Below are positions 12,689 through 24,476 of a DNA stretch of 64,000 bases, piece by piece (the stretch's first letter is position 1; the number at the start of each line of letters is the position of its first letter). The position numbers and the translations under genes are program-made. Source of the DNA: Eledone cirrhosa (Eukaryota); NCBI GenBank assembly GCA_964016885.1, contig OZ024753.1:47225333-47289332 (forward strand), read 5' to 3'. The notes under the pieces were generated by a model. It was not told where the DNA came from. It searched no databases and was given only the letters and a program-made list of their open reading frames with translations.

Positions 12689-15278
12689 GGACCTCTTGAT
12701 AAGACGAAATGACCTGTATAATTTTTTTTCATATTTAGATGGAATAGAAGAAAAAGAAGAGAAATGAAAGCAATGAAATTAAGTTTTAGAGAAAATATAC
12801 GCCAACGACAATGGAGGTATGATTTCAGTTTAATCTTAACCTAATGACCACTTTACAGAGTGTACTGGGTGTGTTTTACCTCGCTATGTTTACTGTAAAC
12901 CCTAGATAACGAATGCCTTGTTGAGTGTTGTGAATTGTGAACGTGAGGTTGTGTTGTGGGGTTGCTTGGTGAGGTTGCATAAGAAGGGTGTTGTGAGTTT
13001 GCATTATGATGTAGCTTTGTGAGGCTTTGTTGTGAATTGATAAATATTTGAAAACACACCTCTGTCCCTCAACAGTCAGTCAGTCATTTTCTACTAAAAC
13101 TCATTGATGCGAGTCCCTAGCATTGTATCTGTAAGTACATTATGACTATTTTCTCTTGGTGGACTTGACATTCAAAGATATTTGTATATATTTTGTTGAT
13201 GTTGTTTGTTAGTTAGGAAATTGCTTAAAAGCTACTTTGATCACAGCACTTTGTAAAGGCAACATATGTTTAAGATTCTTTTTTTCTTTTATTTTTGTTA
13301 TTCAGATGACAGAGAAGGCAAAGAAAGGCACAGAAGAAAAGAACAATGACGATTATTATTATTATTATTACTATTATTATTTGTTTTATTATAATCAAAA
13401 TATGCTGTTAGTTTGCCTGCTATCCCACTACGTGCCTGCTATCGCACTCGATCTTTTGTGTACGTTTTATATAATTTATGCCAGTTCCGTTTCTGCATAT
13501 CGAACATGGCCATTTCCCTGACGGAATAGAGTTTTGTCCTCTTTTCTACTCATCAACACTCATTCGTGACACAAAGTACAGCGGCATCATTGCGGACAGA
13601 CTTAATCCCGATTTGCACTGACACACTGCCTTGCAGTACGGAACAGCGCACGTCGTCGAGCAGCCTCCTTGCATGCTAAGTACACCTGACATCTAGCTTC
13701 TCTCTTAGCGGCTGTATATTCTTCTCTACTCGCACTAATTTTGCAAGCATTCCATGCTAGTCTTTAGTCTCCAATGGCCCGATCTACCGTGCTGTCCCAC
13801 CACCATGTCACTCACTGTCTGGTTGGAACTCTGATCCAGCCACAAGTTTCATCAGTAACCTGCAGTAAGGTATCGCATAAGAAATTCCAGTTATCATCTA
13901 TGTTGTACGACTCTAAATCGTCTTCTTTTTCATCATACACATATTGAAGGGCTTTCCTAAATTTGTATTTTAGTGAGAGCTCTTTTAGCTTCCAGACCTT
14001 TCTTTTTTCCACACCTTCCTGTATGTCTCATTCAGTCTCTTGCTTGGGGTACATTCTTCCCCGGGGTATGCCTTTGTATTTGACACCATCTGCCTGTCCC
14101 GCTGCCTAACTAGCAAGAAGTCAATCTGGCTTATGTGCTTGCCTGATTTGTAGGTTATTAGGTGGTTGGCAGATTTGTGTAAGTTAGTGTTGTAGATGAT
14201 TAGTGCAATTGCATCGCAAAATTCAAGAAGTTTCACTGCTTCATTTCTTAAGCCGTAAGTGTGCCCAACATGTACCTCAGTGTAACCATCGTAGAGCTGT
14301 CCAACATGACCATTGAAATCCCCTGCTAGCATAACGATGTCTCCGTCCTGTCATTGTGGCTGTTTGTAAAAATTGCTTGTAAATGCAGAATTTCTTTTCT
14401 TTACCTAGCAGCAGTTTCTTGCTCTCAATTAACCCTAAAACTAGCCGTAACGCTAACAGTAACACTAACCGTAACACTAACTTATGCAGGCCTAGGTAAA
14501 GACGAGAAAGATAAAACAAGGAGTGATGCTATTTGAATTTTGTGATGCAAGTGTTTTAACCATTTGCAAAACCAACTTCCGCAAACCTGCCAACTGCCTA
14601 ATAACCTACAAATTAGGCAAGCACAGAAGCCGGATTTCTCGGTAGTTAGGCAGCGAGACAGACAGATGGTGTGAAGTACCAGGGTGTGCCCCGGGGAGGA
14701 CTGTTTCCCACAGCGTGGGTTGGTTGTTGGTGATGTCTCGGTGATCCTGAGACGGAGTGAGGAGGGTGTTTATAGGTAAATAGATAGACTGATGCACAGA
14801 TATCTGGATAGATTGATAGAGAGATAGATATATAGAGAGCATCATTATCATCGTCTGTTCATCATTTTACGTCCGCTTTTCCCTGCTTGAAAGGGTGGGA
14901 CAGGTCCTCTTGAGCAAAGCATCTCTTCACTTGTCACGGTCCTTCGTCATCTCCTTGGTGAGTTTCAGCGATCTGAAGTCGGCTCTCACCACCTCCACCC
15001 ATGTTTTTCGTGGTCTTCCTCTACTGCGTCTCCCTTCTTTACCCAGCGCTCAACCTCCATGCGCATCACATGTCCATACCATCTCAGTCCTCTCTTGCAC
15101 ACCACAACTTATCCCTCTTAAACACAGTTTCTCTCTCAACTCGTTTATGCTTGGTCGTTCCCGCACATTGACATTGCACATCCAACGGAGCGTGCTTGCT
15201 TCATTTCTCTCCAGCCATCGCATACCCTCTGCAGTTGCTGTCCATGTCTCACTACCATGCAGCATCGCGCATCTCACT

Positions 15279-15309
<31 letters not shown>

Positions 15310-15327
15310 GTACATACATATATATTA

Positions 15328-15912
15328 TGTCAGGTCACCAGTTGGTGCTACTGGTAACATGTATCCCAGTACAACCTGTCTCCTGGTCGGGTCGTTGGCG
15401 ACTAAACTGGCAACCCCACTAAGGTTTCTTGGTGAGGAGGGTGACTTTGGACATCCTGCAGGACTAAAAACAAAACCTGTCAAAGGGCAAAGGAGCTCTT
15501 AAGAGTCAATGGCCATCCAAAATCACCGGGAGAGATGACCCCTTAGCCTGTGTCAAGGCAGAATTCTAGAAGGAAAACTCTGATATAACACCTGCAACCC
15601 TGATGGTATCCAATGATGTTGACTTATTTTGCTTTTTGGTAAATATCATCTTGGTTAAGAGAGTGGGACTGGCTTTGTGCAGTGCCTTTGCTCACTATAA
15701 AAGCTTCACAGCACAGGCATTGCTTTATATCTGGAGATCTCTCTGCACTCGTCGTCACATGGTACGATTGGCCCAGCACTGTCAATAATTGTCACAAGTG
15801 TAGTGTTTGTACCAGAGTTTTCAAGTCACTGGCTGGACTAAAACGTCACACTCGTTCAGCCCATCGGTAGGGGTTCTCCTACATGGATATAAAGTAGGGG
15901 CCGTACTCGAAA
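15328..15912 (+). mobile_element. Probable internally deleted RTE-type element: 5'UTR-like head plus C-terminal C2H2 zinc finger
   Basis: CSVCTRVFKSLAGLKRHTRSAHR* (~15800-15870) resembles the C-terminal finger of RTE ORFs. The GC-richer 15328-15600 resembles RTE 5'UTRs. Flanked by TA/TG microsatellites. Confidence 0.55.
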
Positions 15913-15986
15913 AAGAGTTGGCAACCACCATATATATGTATATATGTATATATTTATATGTATGTATATATGCATATATTTGTATG

Positions 15987-16023
<37 letters not shown>

Positions 16024-16269
16024 TTCTGGCTTTCTCTTATTTTCACTCACTCCTCCGCTAGCTCACTTCCTTCCTCGTCCGTAACTGTCTCTTCTCTTGC
16101 TCACACTTCTACAGTGAATGTGTCTTTTTTTCTTATCAAACCCGCCAGAACTTGTGTTCGAAATCAATTGTTCACTCGTTTTTTTTTTTTTTTTTTTTTT
16201 CTTTCTTTTTGTTGCTTCAGCCTTTGTGTCTGTTTATATTTTCTCTCTCTCTCTCCCCTCTTTTTTATC

Positions 16270-17370
16270 CCAATAACTTATTTTAGTTATTGTTCGGCCT
16301 AGGTTGAGGCATCTTGTCTCTAACGCGAAGAAATGCCTATGATTCCTAGCAGACAACTGACGATGGATATTGCCCTCTTTTGCCCGTAACTTTTATTTTG
16401 ATTATATTTCAATGCAACCACACAGCTTGCCATTTTATTCACATAGTTTTCTTCTCAGTTGTGACCCATCTCTCTTCTATCCCCTTGTTGCTATGCTCTC
16501 TCTCCCCCTTCTCCCTCTTCTGCTAGTCACCTTCTCTCGGCTAACCTGCCACTTCTAAAGCAGTCTCTTCTCTCACTCACACTGCTACAGTGAAGACATG
16601 CATTTTTTTTTCTCGTTAAACCCACCAGAACTTATGTTCAAAATGAGTTGTTGACTTGATTTTTCCTCTTTTCGTTTCTTCACCCTTCATGTGTGTATCC
16701 ATTTTTCTCTCTCCCCCTTTTTTTATTCCAATAACTTATTTTAGTTATTGTTCGGCCTAGGTTGAGGCATCTTGTCTCTAACGCGAAGAAATGCCTATGA
16801 TTCCTAGCAGACAACTGACGATGGATATTGCCCTCTTTTGCCCGTAACTTTTATTTTGATTATATTTCAATGCAACCACACAGCTTGCCATTTTATTCAC
16901 ATAGTTTTCTTCTCAGTTGTGACCCATCTCTCTTCTATCCCCTTGTTGCTATGCTCTCTCTCCCCCTTCTCCCTCTTCTGCTAGTCACCTTCTCTCGGCT
17001 AACCTGCCACTTCTAAAGCAGTCTCTTCTCTCACTCACACTGCTACAGTGAAGACATGCATTTTTTTTTCTCGTTAAACCCACCAGAACTTATGTTCAAA
17101 ATGAGTTGTTGACTTGATTTTTCCTCTTTTCGTTTCTTCACCCTTCATGTGTGTATCCATTTTTCTCTCTCCCCCTTTTTTTATTCCAATAACTTATTTT
17201 AGTTATTGTTCGCCCTAGGTTGAGGCATCTTGTCTCTAACGCGAAGAAATGCCTATGATTCCTAGCAGACAACTGACGATGGATATTGCCCTCTTTTGCC
17301 CATAACTTTTCTTTTCATTATACTTAAATGCAACCACACAGCTTGCCATTTTATTCATAGTTTCCTTCTC
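16270..17370. repeat. 458-bp tandem repeat, about 2.4 copies, with a diverged partial copy at ~16050-16270
   Basis: CCAATAACTTATTTTAGTTATTGTTCG at ~16270, 16728 and 17186. Identical ORFs at 16370 and 16828. Confidence 0.95.
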
Positions 17371-17374
17371 CGCT

Positions 17375-17645
17375 GAGTTTTGTCCTCTTTTCTACTCATC
17401 AACAATTTTGTCTTAGCTATGTTCACTCTCAGTCCTCTTAATTCCAACTCTGTTTTCATAGCCAGAATTTATTCTCAAGCTCTTCTACTGATTTTATCAT
17501 CAGCATAGATAAGTTTCTGTAAACAGGATGTATTCCTACTTGTATCTGGAATTTGTCACTAAACTCCATTCCTACCCTCACTTTACTGACAGCACCTCTG
17601 TACAAAGCTTGCAATGTCCTCACAAGCCATTCATCAACACCTACA
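17375..17645 (-). mobile_element. RTE LINE reverse-transcriptase fragment
   Basis: GVDEWLVRTLQALYRGAVSKVRVG...EELENKF, then RVNIAKTKLLMSRKEDK. Confidence 0.8.
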
Positions 17646-18149
17646 CCGAAAAACAACCCAAACCAAACCGTGTGTTCTGTTATTATTTCTTGCAATATTT
17701 ATAACAATATGACTCTCCCCTGTTATAACTATATATATATATATATATATATATCGTCATACAAATATGTATCGCAGCATTATCAATAAAGGACTTTAAC
17801 ATCTGAAAGTATTTCGCATTTTATCATTATATATATATATGCACACATACACACACATACACCGAGAGAGACGACATATATTTATATATGCTAGCTGAAG
17901 AACTGCCCTTTGGGCGTTTTTCTGCTAGTATATATAGACATAAGTTTTTGTAGTGTCCCTTTTCTATCATTTAAAAAGAAACTGAAATGCATTTCAACTA
18001 AAAGAGTGATAGCTGTTTCACATGACTGTAGAATTTCTTTGTAGACACAGTTGCCAGCAAACAGACACCTTTCATTTAATATTTTAATATTTTCTTTTTT
18101 GTGATAATGCAACATACGTGAGAATTGTGTTTGTAGATAAATGTCTGCC

Positions 18150-20075
18150 CTTGAAGGTTGTTTCAACTATTTGTGGTCTATCACCATGACGTAGAACTGG
18201 AAGAATTTGGTTTTAGTCACCAGATACCACTAAATGGCTTTTTGCAATCTCGAACATCTTTGAAACTCCTGTCGGGCATTGAAAGATATTCTTATGTCCC
18301 ATACCTCTCTCATCAATGATTAACAGGTCAGCTTGCTGCATAAGTTTACCTGTGTCATCCCTCTTTGTGAAGAAGCAAGTTGATTCAGCAGTCATATTGA
18401 GAGGAATCGTGCACTTGGAATGAAGAGTTCTTCGTTTGTGAAGCAAAGTGGCTGCTATTCCAGATATGGCAGTGGCAAGTGCAATTATTTTTTTACATTG
18501 GAGGTAATCCATTAGAATGCTTATGACCTGTACCTGCACTTGCATTCAAGCAGAAAATTCTGCCCTCATTTTCATTTACAGAGGTAATTACTTTGTGAAA
18601 AAGAACCAGTTGCTGAGGATTCAATGTTGGCAGAAGTTGATTTATTTGTTTGCATGGACATGAATTGCTCATGATGTTCATGCATGATATCCTCTGCAAG
18701 ACAATTCTTCTATTTCTCCCAGAACTGCAGAGGGTCATTTGGCATGCAGTGCAATTAAATGGTGCAGAAGATCTGTGGCAGCTGAGGACCAACAGACTAA
18801 GTTAATCTTTATATGAAGTTTACCCAGCCTTGTGATGTATGATCATTCTGAGGTAATATAATTCAGATTGATGTCTTCTGAGAATGCGTCCAAGAGAGTC
18901 ACTCATAAATTGTTGATCACCATCCAGATGTCCCCTTTTTTTCTTTGCCATTTTTTGTTTGTCCAAGTGAAATATTTAGGAATATCAATATACAATATAT
19001 CTTGTTCCAGCGGGTCTCTAATATTCAGTTGAAAATATTCCGTGAACTTAGTCATTGGCTGTCCCCTAGAAAGAACTTTCTTCCTGCCCTTGCTCAAACA
19101 CGACCATTTGTTCCCCAAGTAAATGGCAAGGCAACTTTCCAGAATGCTTCACTGGCTGAGATGTACCATGCATTGATATAGGTCTCAATTTCATTTCGAG
19201 CATGGACACAATTTCCTCGATCATCGTTAATAGTGAAAGTGATTTTGTCTGATCCTTTTGTGATGTACTTTAATTAGTTAACAGCCTTGACACTGTAGAC
19301 AACCTCACAATTGACCATGCTATCTACCCCTTCTTCTATACTTTGAAAAGGAACTTTTGGCAACAAATGCGGTTTGCCTTGGGATAACTGTTTGAGCATT
19401 GTTATTGTTGTCCTAGCCCTTCCTTTCATGAGCACATCATATTAACTTGTCCACATGGGCCATGAATGTTGCAAGATGGGGATGATCTTCTGTAGAATTG
19501 GAATCTCACAGTACACTACCTGATCAATGTCATCAGCAGTTTTGTGCTTACTATCTTCAGCCATTATCTGCAGAATATGAGCATGAGTGGGGCCTCGTTT
19601 CTGCCACTCTATTGTAGCAGAACGAGCAACAACTTTTCCTAGGACATTTTCTTTTTCAGTATGTCACCCATGAGGCTGTCATACTTGATGTTGAAGAATC
19701 TTGCACAAATATCAGGACGGTCTCTAGGTTCTTGACTAGGGTGCAAATTATTTTTTATTTCATCCCAGTTAGAGTTAGTTGTTACCGTGATGAAATAAGA
19801 CGACTTTACCATGTCGAACCACAGTCATCGAATTCTGAAAGCACTCAGTGTAGAAGCGATTGGGAACCATAGATTGAAGGTGGAAGAACAATTCTCCGGC
19901 CTTCATTTACTGAATCTCCCTCAGCATCATAGAAACCCTCATACTTTTCAGCTCACATCACGGTTCGATTGTTACGGCCATTTTGAGGTGACAACATTGT
20001 ATTTTTCCCTGGGCATCTACAGCATATTGCTGCATCAGCCACCTGCTCTTCACGACAACATTAGTCACCTTGCCT
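18150..20075 (-). mobile_element. Degenerate Helitron RepHel: HUH Rep plus N-terminal part of the Pif1-like helicase
   Basis: Frameshifted minus-strand motifs in order: LMQQYAVD, GRRIVLPPS, FITVTTNSNWDEI...DRPDICARFF, IEWQKRGPTHAHIL (HUH), HGPCG, KYITKGSD, IPKYFTW, ASAGTG (Walker A remnant), SGIAATLL...TLHS, LLIIDE. Confidence 0.92.
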
Positions 20076-20458
20076 AACCTGAAACCGATAACCAGTGGGT
20101 GTGAGTGTGTGGTTGTTGTCAATCCTTTTCAAACCAACCCGAAACCCATCATTCCCACAAGGAAACAGTAGCACAGGACAATATTCACATTTTCAGAGAC
20201 TGGCATTTCAATGACTTTCTTGAAGCTTCTTATATGATAAATGTTACCTATGATCTTAAATGTGGGACTAAACCCTGGCTTTCTCCCCCCCCCCTCTCTC
20301 TCTCTCTCTCCCATACACTGACATAAGATCATATAATTCAGCATTGTGGCTGTCTGTAAAATGTGAAAAGAAAGGCAAGGTTTTAACTGACATATAATTA
20401 GATGTATGTATTTATGCCATGTGCGTTAATTTATATACGCACAATAGTCAGTCTCCTG

Positions 20459-20781
20459 ATCTGTTACAAACACAATTCTCAGGGCGAAACAGATTAAATC
20501 TCTAATCTGTCCGGGAGATGAAATAGTTATTGAAACGATGTGTACATTTTACTCTATCCTGTATTTTCCGTTTGCTCGCACGAGGTGAAATATTCATTCG
20601 TGTAGCTTTTAGTTTTAGGTGTTTGTCACATTTTATCTTATCTCTCGCTGATGACGCCTACGGATTATCTGTTACAAACACAATTCTCAGGGCGAAACAG
20701 ATTAAATCTCTAATCTGTCTGGGAGATGAAATAGTTATTGAAACGATCTGTACATTTTACTCTTTATCCTGTATTTTCCGT
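20459..20781. repeat. Direct repeat of about 110 bp at 208-bp spacing
   Basis: CTGTTACAAACACAATTCTCAGGGCGAAACAGATTAAATC...GTATTTTCCGT at 20461 and 20669. Confidence 0.9.
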
Positions 20782-21196
20782 ATGCTTCAGGTTAAATCTG
20801 TCAAACCAACATATATATATATGCGCTCAACCAACTGTGACGCCTAAACCAATCAGCTTTAGTAATCCAGTGAAACTACACACCGATTGGTTGAAATACA
20901 GTTTTCAAGATTTAGCATTCTGGAGCCACTTTTCACAGTGGCAAAATTTACCCATCTCATTACGGTTGAAAATTGCAAACTTGACTGTCACCACACATTA
21001 TGAACCTGAAGATTGCGAAAGCATGAAAGTACTTGTTCAATTAACACTTAACATTTAATATTCTACCATACTATTTCATTCTAATACTATTATAAATTTT
21101 AAAGGATTGTAAATAAAACGAGTAAATCAAAGTTGGAATTCCTTTTATTAATATAATCTTCTATACATAATTATACACACCCGTGTATATCTATCT

Positions 21197-21230
<34 letters not shown>

Positions 21231-21242
21231 GACACACACATA

Positions 21243-21409
21243 TTGTCCTGGGTATGACATTAAACTACATCCAGTGACAAGGCTCCATTTCGGGAGTTCA
21301 TGAGCTGTGGGGAATGTGGAGTTACCCCTTAGTTGTCATAACTCCCAGGTCTGTTCTGGCCCGGAGCAGTGTTACCTGTTAGGGCCCCATTTATGGGTGA
21401 AATAATAAA
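21243..21409. mobile_element. SINE-like repeat, same family as 773-933
   Basis: Direct sequence similarity to the macrosatellite insert. Confidence 0.7.
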
Positions 21410-21487
21410 AGAACCATGTAGTCGATTTAACAGCACTAAGGTTGTCAAGGCTTATGGGCACTCTGAATGTGAGGACAATTCGGACAC

Positions 21488-22550
21488 TGAGAAATACTTC
21501 CCTGGAACTAAGAAGACCCCCACCCCGAAAAGAGGCCCGACCCAGTGGTGCCAAACCAAAAGGTATGCTTTCTCTCTTTCTCTCTTTCTTTCTCTCTCTC
21601 TCTCGCATACACTTAATGTTAAAAGAAAAGCAAGCTTTGAAGTGACAAATAATTAGATACATTGATACGACGCGTCGCCCTCATATCATGTATCTGTATG
21701 GCTGTCTGTCTGAACTTTCTAAATAAAACACACCCACACCCAACAAAGGGAACCAAATAGTTAAATTATAGAGTAGCCTAACTTGAGATTTTAAATTTTT
21801 CCATTTTTTTTTTTTCATACACAAAAATACAGATCCATAAACATTTGTGTGTGGATCTATGTATATAGATAGGTAGATGGACAAGGGTGTCCTCACATAG
21901 GAGGTTTCCCGGTTGTTGTAATGATAGACTCCAGTTCTATCCCGAAAAACTTGAAATGAAGCAACTGGCTTATTAATGCAATGTGCTGCCAGACCTAGGG
22001 TTTGATGTTATGTTTATGAGTGCAGCACACTAACCATTGAAGCCCCACCATCACATACTGAACCTACATTAGAACACTACCACACACTACAGCACTACCA
22101 GACACTATAACACCGCCATACTACACTACCACCATCACACTACATCACCACCAACACCACCATTCTATATATTCAGATATATCATATCTACCCCACCTTT
22201 AACCCTGGCCCTTTATAACCCCTAAAATCTCTATTTCAGATATATCGTCATTCCTACGTTACCTCTAAATATGTAACTGCTTCACCACGGCCGTTGTTGT
22301 CCCTAATGAAGGACTGGGCTCTGCTACGCAACAGCAATGTACCAGATGGTTTTGAGAAATACTTCCCTGGAGCTAAGGAGGCCCGACCCAGTGGTGCCAA
22401 ACCATAAGGTATACTTAATCTCTCTCTCTCTCTTCTAGACACTTCTATAAGGTCATATAATTGAACAGTGTGTCATTTCTAAAATGTGAAAAGAAAGGCA
22501 ATGTTTTAAGTGACATAATTAGAAAGATATAGATACAACGCCGCACACTC
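21488..22550 (+). repeat. Two related copies of an unclassified interspersed repeat (~21488-21680 and ~22353-22550); related tail at ~20295-20405
   Basis: Shared GAGAAATACTTCCCTGG..CTAAG, GAGGCCCGACCCAGTGGTGCCAAACC, (CT)n and AAAAGAAA.GCAA...TGACA.ATAATTAG. Confidence 0.7.
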
Positions 22551-22749
22551 ACACACAGTTTTATATATATAGATATGTCTCCTCATTTTTGCAAAGTCTA
22601 TACAAATCCACATTTCTACTCTGATTGGCTTCAAACTTACATTTATATATTCCTTGTGGTCTAAAGATATTAACTGCAGCTTTTATTTTTCAATTTTCTG
22701 TTTTTAAAGAGGTGTTAGGCACCAGTTATCGATCTCCATCGTGCCCTTA

Positions 22750-22850
22750 TAATTGTTTCTACTTTAGGCACAAGGCCAGCAATTACCCAGTACATTACTG
22801 GTACTTTATTTTAACGACCCCCGTAAGGATGAAAGGCAAAGTTAACCTCT
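22750..22850 (-). mobile_element. tRNA-derived SINE, 3' half
   Basis: Reverse complement of the 3' part of the SINE at 43125-43310. Confidence 0.85.
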
Positions 22851-22938
22851 GGCTGTCTGCATAACGACATTGTGATCCATACGTCAGCAATGACGTTAAT
22901 CTTCGCCACATTCACACACACACGCGCATGCGCAGATA

Positions 22939-22985
<47 letters not shown>

Positions 22986-23013
22986 GTATGTATGTATGTA
23001 TGTATGTATGTGA

Positions 23014-23085
23014 GTTTCAGAAGATCCCGTTAAGGGTGAAAGCAGCGATTCTTTGCTTAAACTTTAATCTGTTATTTTAATAAAT
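23014..23085 (+). other. Hammerhead-ribozyme-like motif, candidate Penelope-like element terminus
   Basis: AGTTT-CAGAAGA-TCCC(GTTAA)GGGT-GAA-AGCA(...)TGCT-T-AAACT. Stems I, II and III can all form, but the core has U4>A. The same sequence forms the palindrome at 35062-35208. Confidence 0.4.
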
Positions 23086-23489
23086 ATATATATATATATA
23101 TCATAATTGAATATAAAAGAAAAACGAACACAGATATATACATGTGTTCAAATAGTAAGGCATGAGATTCGCTAAGGTGAAAATAATACTAACTATAGAC
23201 AATTTAAGAATAAATCAATAAAATAAATACAAACTTGGCTGCTATCTTTAGTGGTGTGAGTTTGTGAGACACGCTAAGTTCAGATACCATGTGCGTTATA
23301 TATACGCACACTATTCAGTTTTTTAATATACTTAGAAATGTCCATGATAATAATTCTTCATCCACTGATGAGCAAGAATTGGTATTCCTCTTCACAATTA
23401 ATTTTGCGAAACAGCATTACCAAAGGTGTCTGGGTGATTGGTACTTACCACAATTCCGGTTTGTATTTCTTTTCTTGATTTATTCTTAA

Positions 23490-24476
23490 ATTGAGTCTGG
23501 CAAACCCTATTGTCTCTAGTTAGTATTCTTTTCACCTTAGCGAAGCTGAACCCGGTGGTCAAACGGATCGGTCCCACCCGTGACAGCAGTCGTTCGACAT
23601 AGCCCCACAGATAGGCAATGCGCGAGCACTGTACAATGCGTGTGCAACTGTTTCCTCGTCGCACCCGCATCTGGGACAGATCTTTTTCGAGGGGTCTCTA
23701 CCAGGGCGCCCGTGTCTGTAGAGCCTTTCTCGAACGGGCAGAGCCCCTCGGTGGCACTGCCAGGCCAGGGACCTCTGGAAGTTATCCATAGGTCCCGGGC
23801 TGAATGTCCTACCGAACAGGTTGGCCAGTTCGTTTTCCTCCATGCCTAGGGCTTCTCCGAGGGTGTTGCCGCACCTGCTAACCACCAGCCCTCTATAGAA
23901 TGACGAGTTGGATTCTCCACTGACAGCCGGGTCCGCCTGCCAGAGAGCCGTGAGCGCCTGGGCACACTCGGTGTGCCAGGCGCCCAATTTTCTCGGTCTT
24001 TGCTTGACCCAGGATTGCAGCTCGGTGAGCGAGACGAGTCTGGGAAAGGCTCGCCTCACAAACGGGGCCCACACCGGTTGACCGGTGATGAATACCTGGA
24101 GGTGCCGTAGCCTTAATGCGTGTTTACGCATCACCAGCCACGGCATCCCAGCCCGCCTTTCGAAGGGTGTTGACAGCAGATGGATCTCCTCACCATAGGA
24201 GCCCGCTTCTTCCAAAGGAATTGGAAGAGTGTGCGCTCCATTTTGGAGAGCGTTTCCCTTGGGCAAGGCACGACGGTCAGGCGGTAGTAGATGTGTTCGC
24301 CACCTCCGCCCGACGACGGCATTAACAACTCCAACTTCTGCAGCAGTGGCTCTAGTCATTACATACAGAAGGGAGGAGAGAGGGCACCCTTGTCGGATGG
24401 ACCGCGCGATTTCGAACGGCTCCGAGAGGTAGCCGTTCACCTTGACAAGAGCAGAAGTGCGTGCCTGCCTGCCTGC
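23490..24476 (-). mobile_element. L1/Tx1-clade LINE ORF2 3' fragment: RT plus C-terminal Cys/His finger, frameshifted
   Basis: VNGYLSEPFEIARSIRQGCPLSSLLYV, LFQFLW...GGLG and WQCHRGALPVRERL...CPRCGCDEETVAHAL. GC-rich relative to its flanks. Confidence 0.9.

Larger units (their letters stand above)
1..15277. repeat. Tandem ~3.65-kb macrosatellite: 4 full units plus a partial fifth, probably continuing left of the window
   Basis: Anchor TAGGCAAGCACAGAAGCCGG recurs at 1, 3650, 7308, 10973 and 14614 (spacings 3649, 3658, 3665, 3641). The ORF track repeats almost identically. Differences are mostly microsatellite and poly-T lengths. Confidence 0.97.

Noticed and set aside
15790-15870. Host C2H2 zinc-finger gene
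   Set aside because: A single finger with no TGEKP linkers, followed by a stop and a microsatellite; fits a LINE C-terminus.
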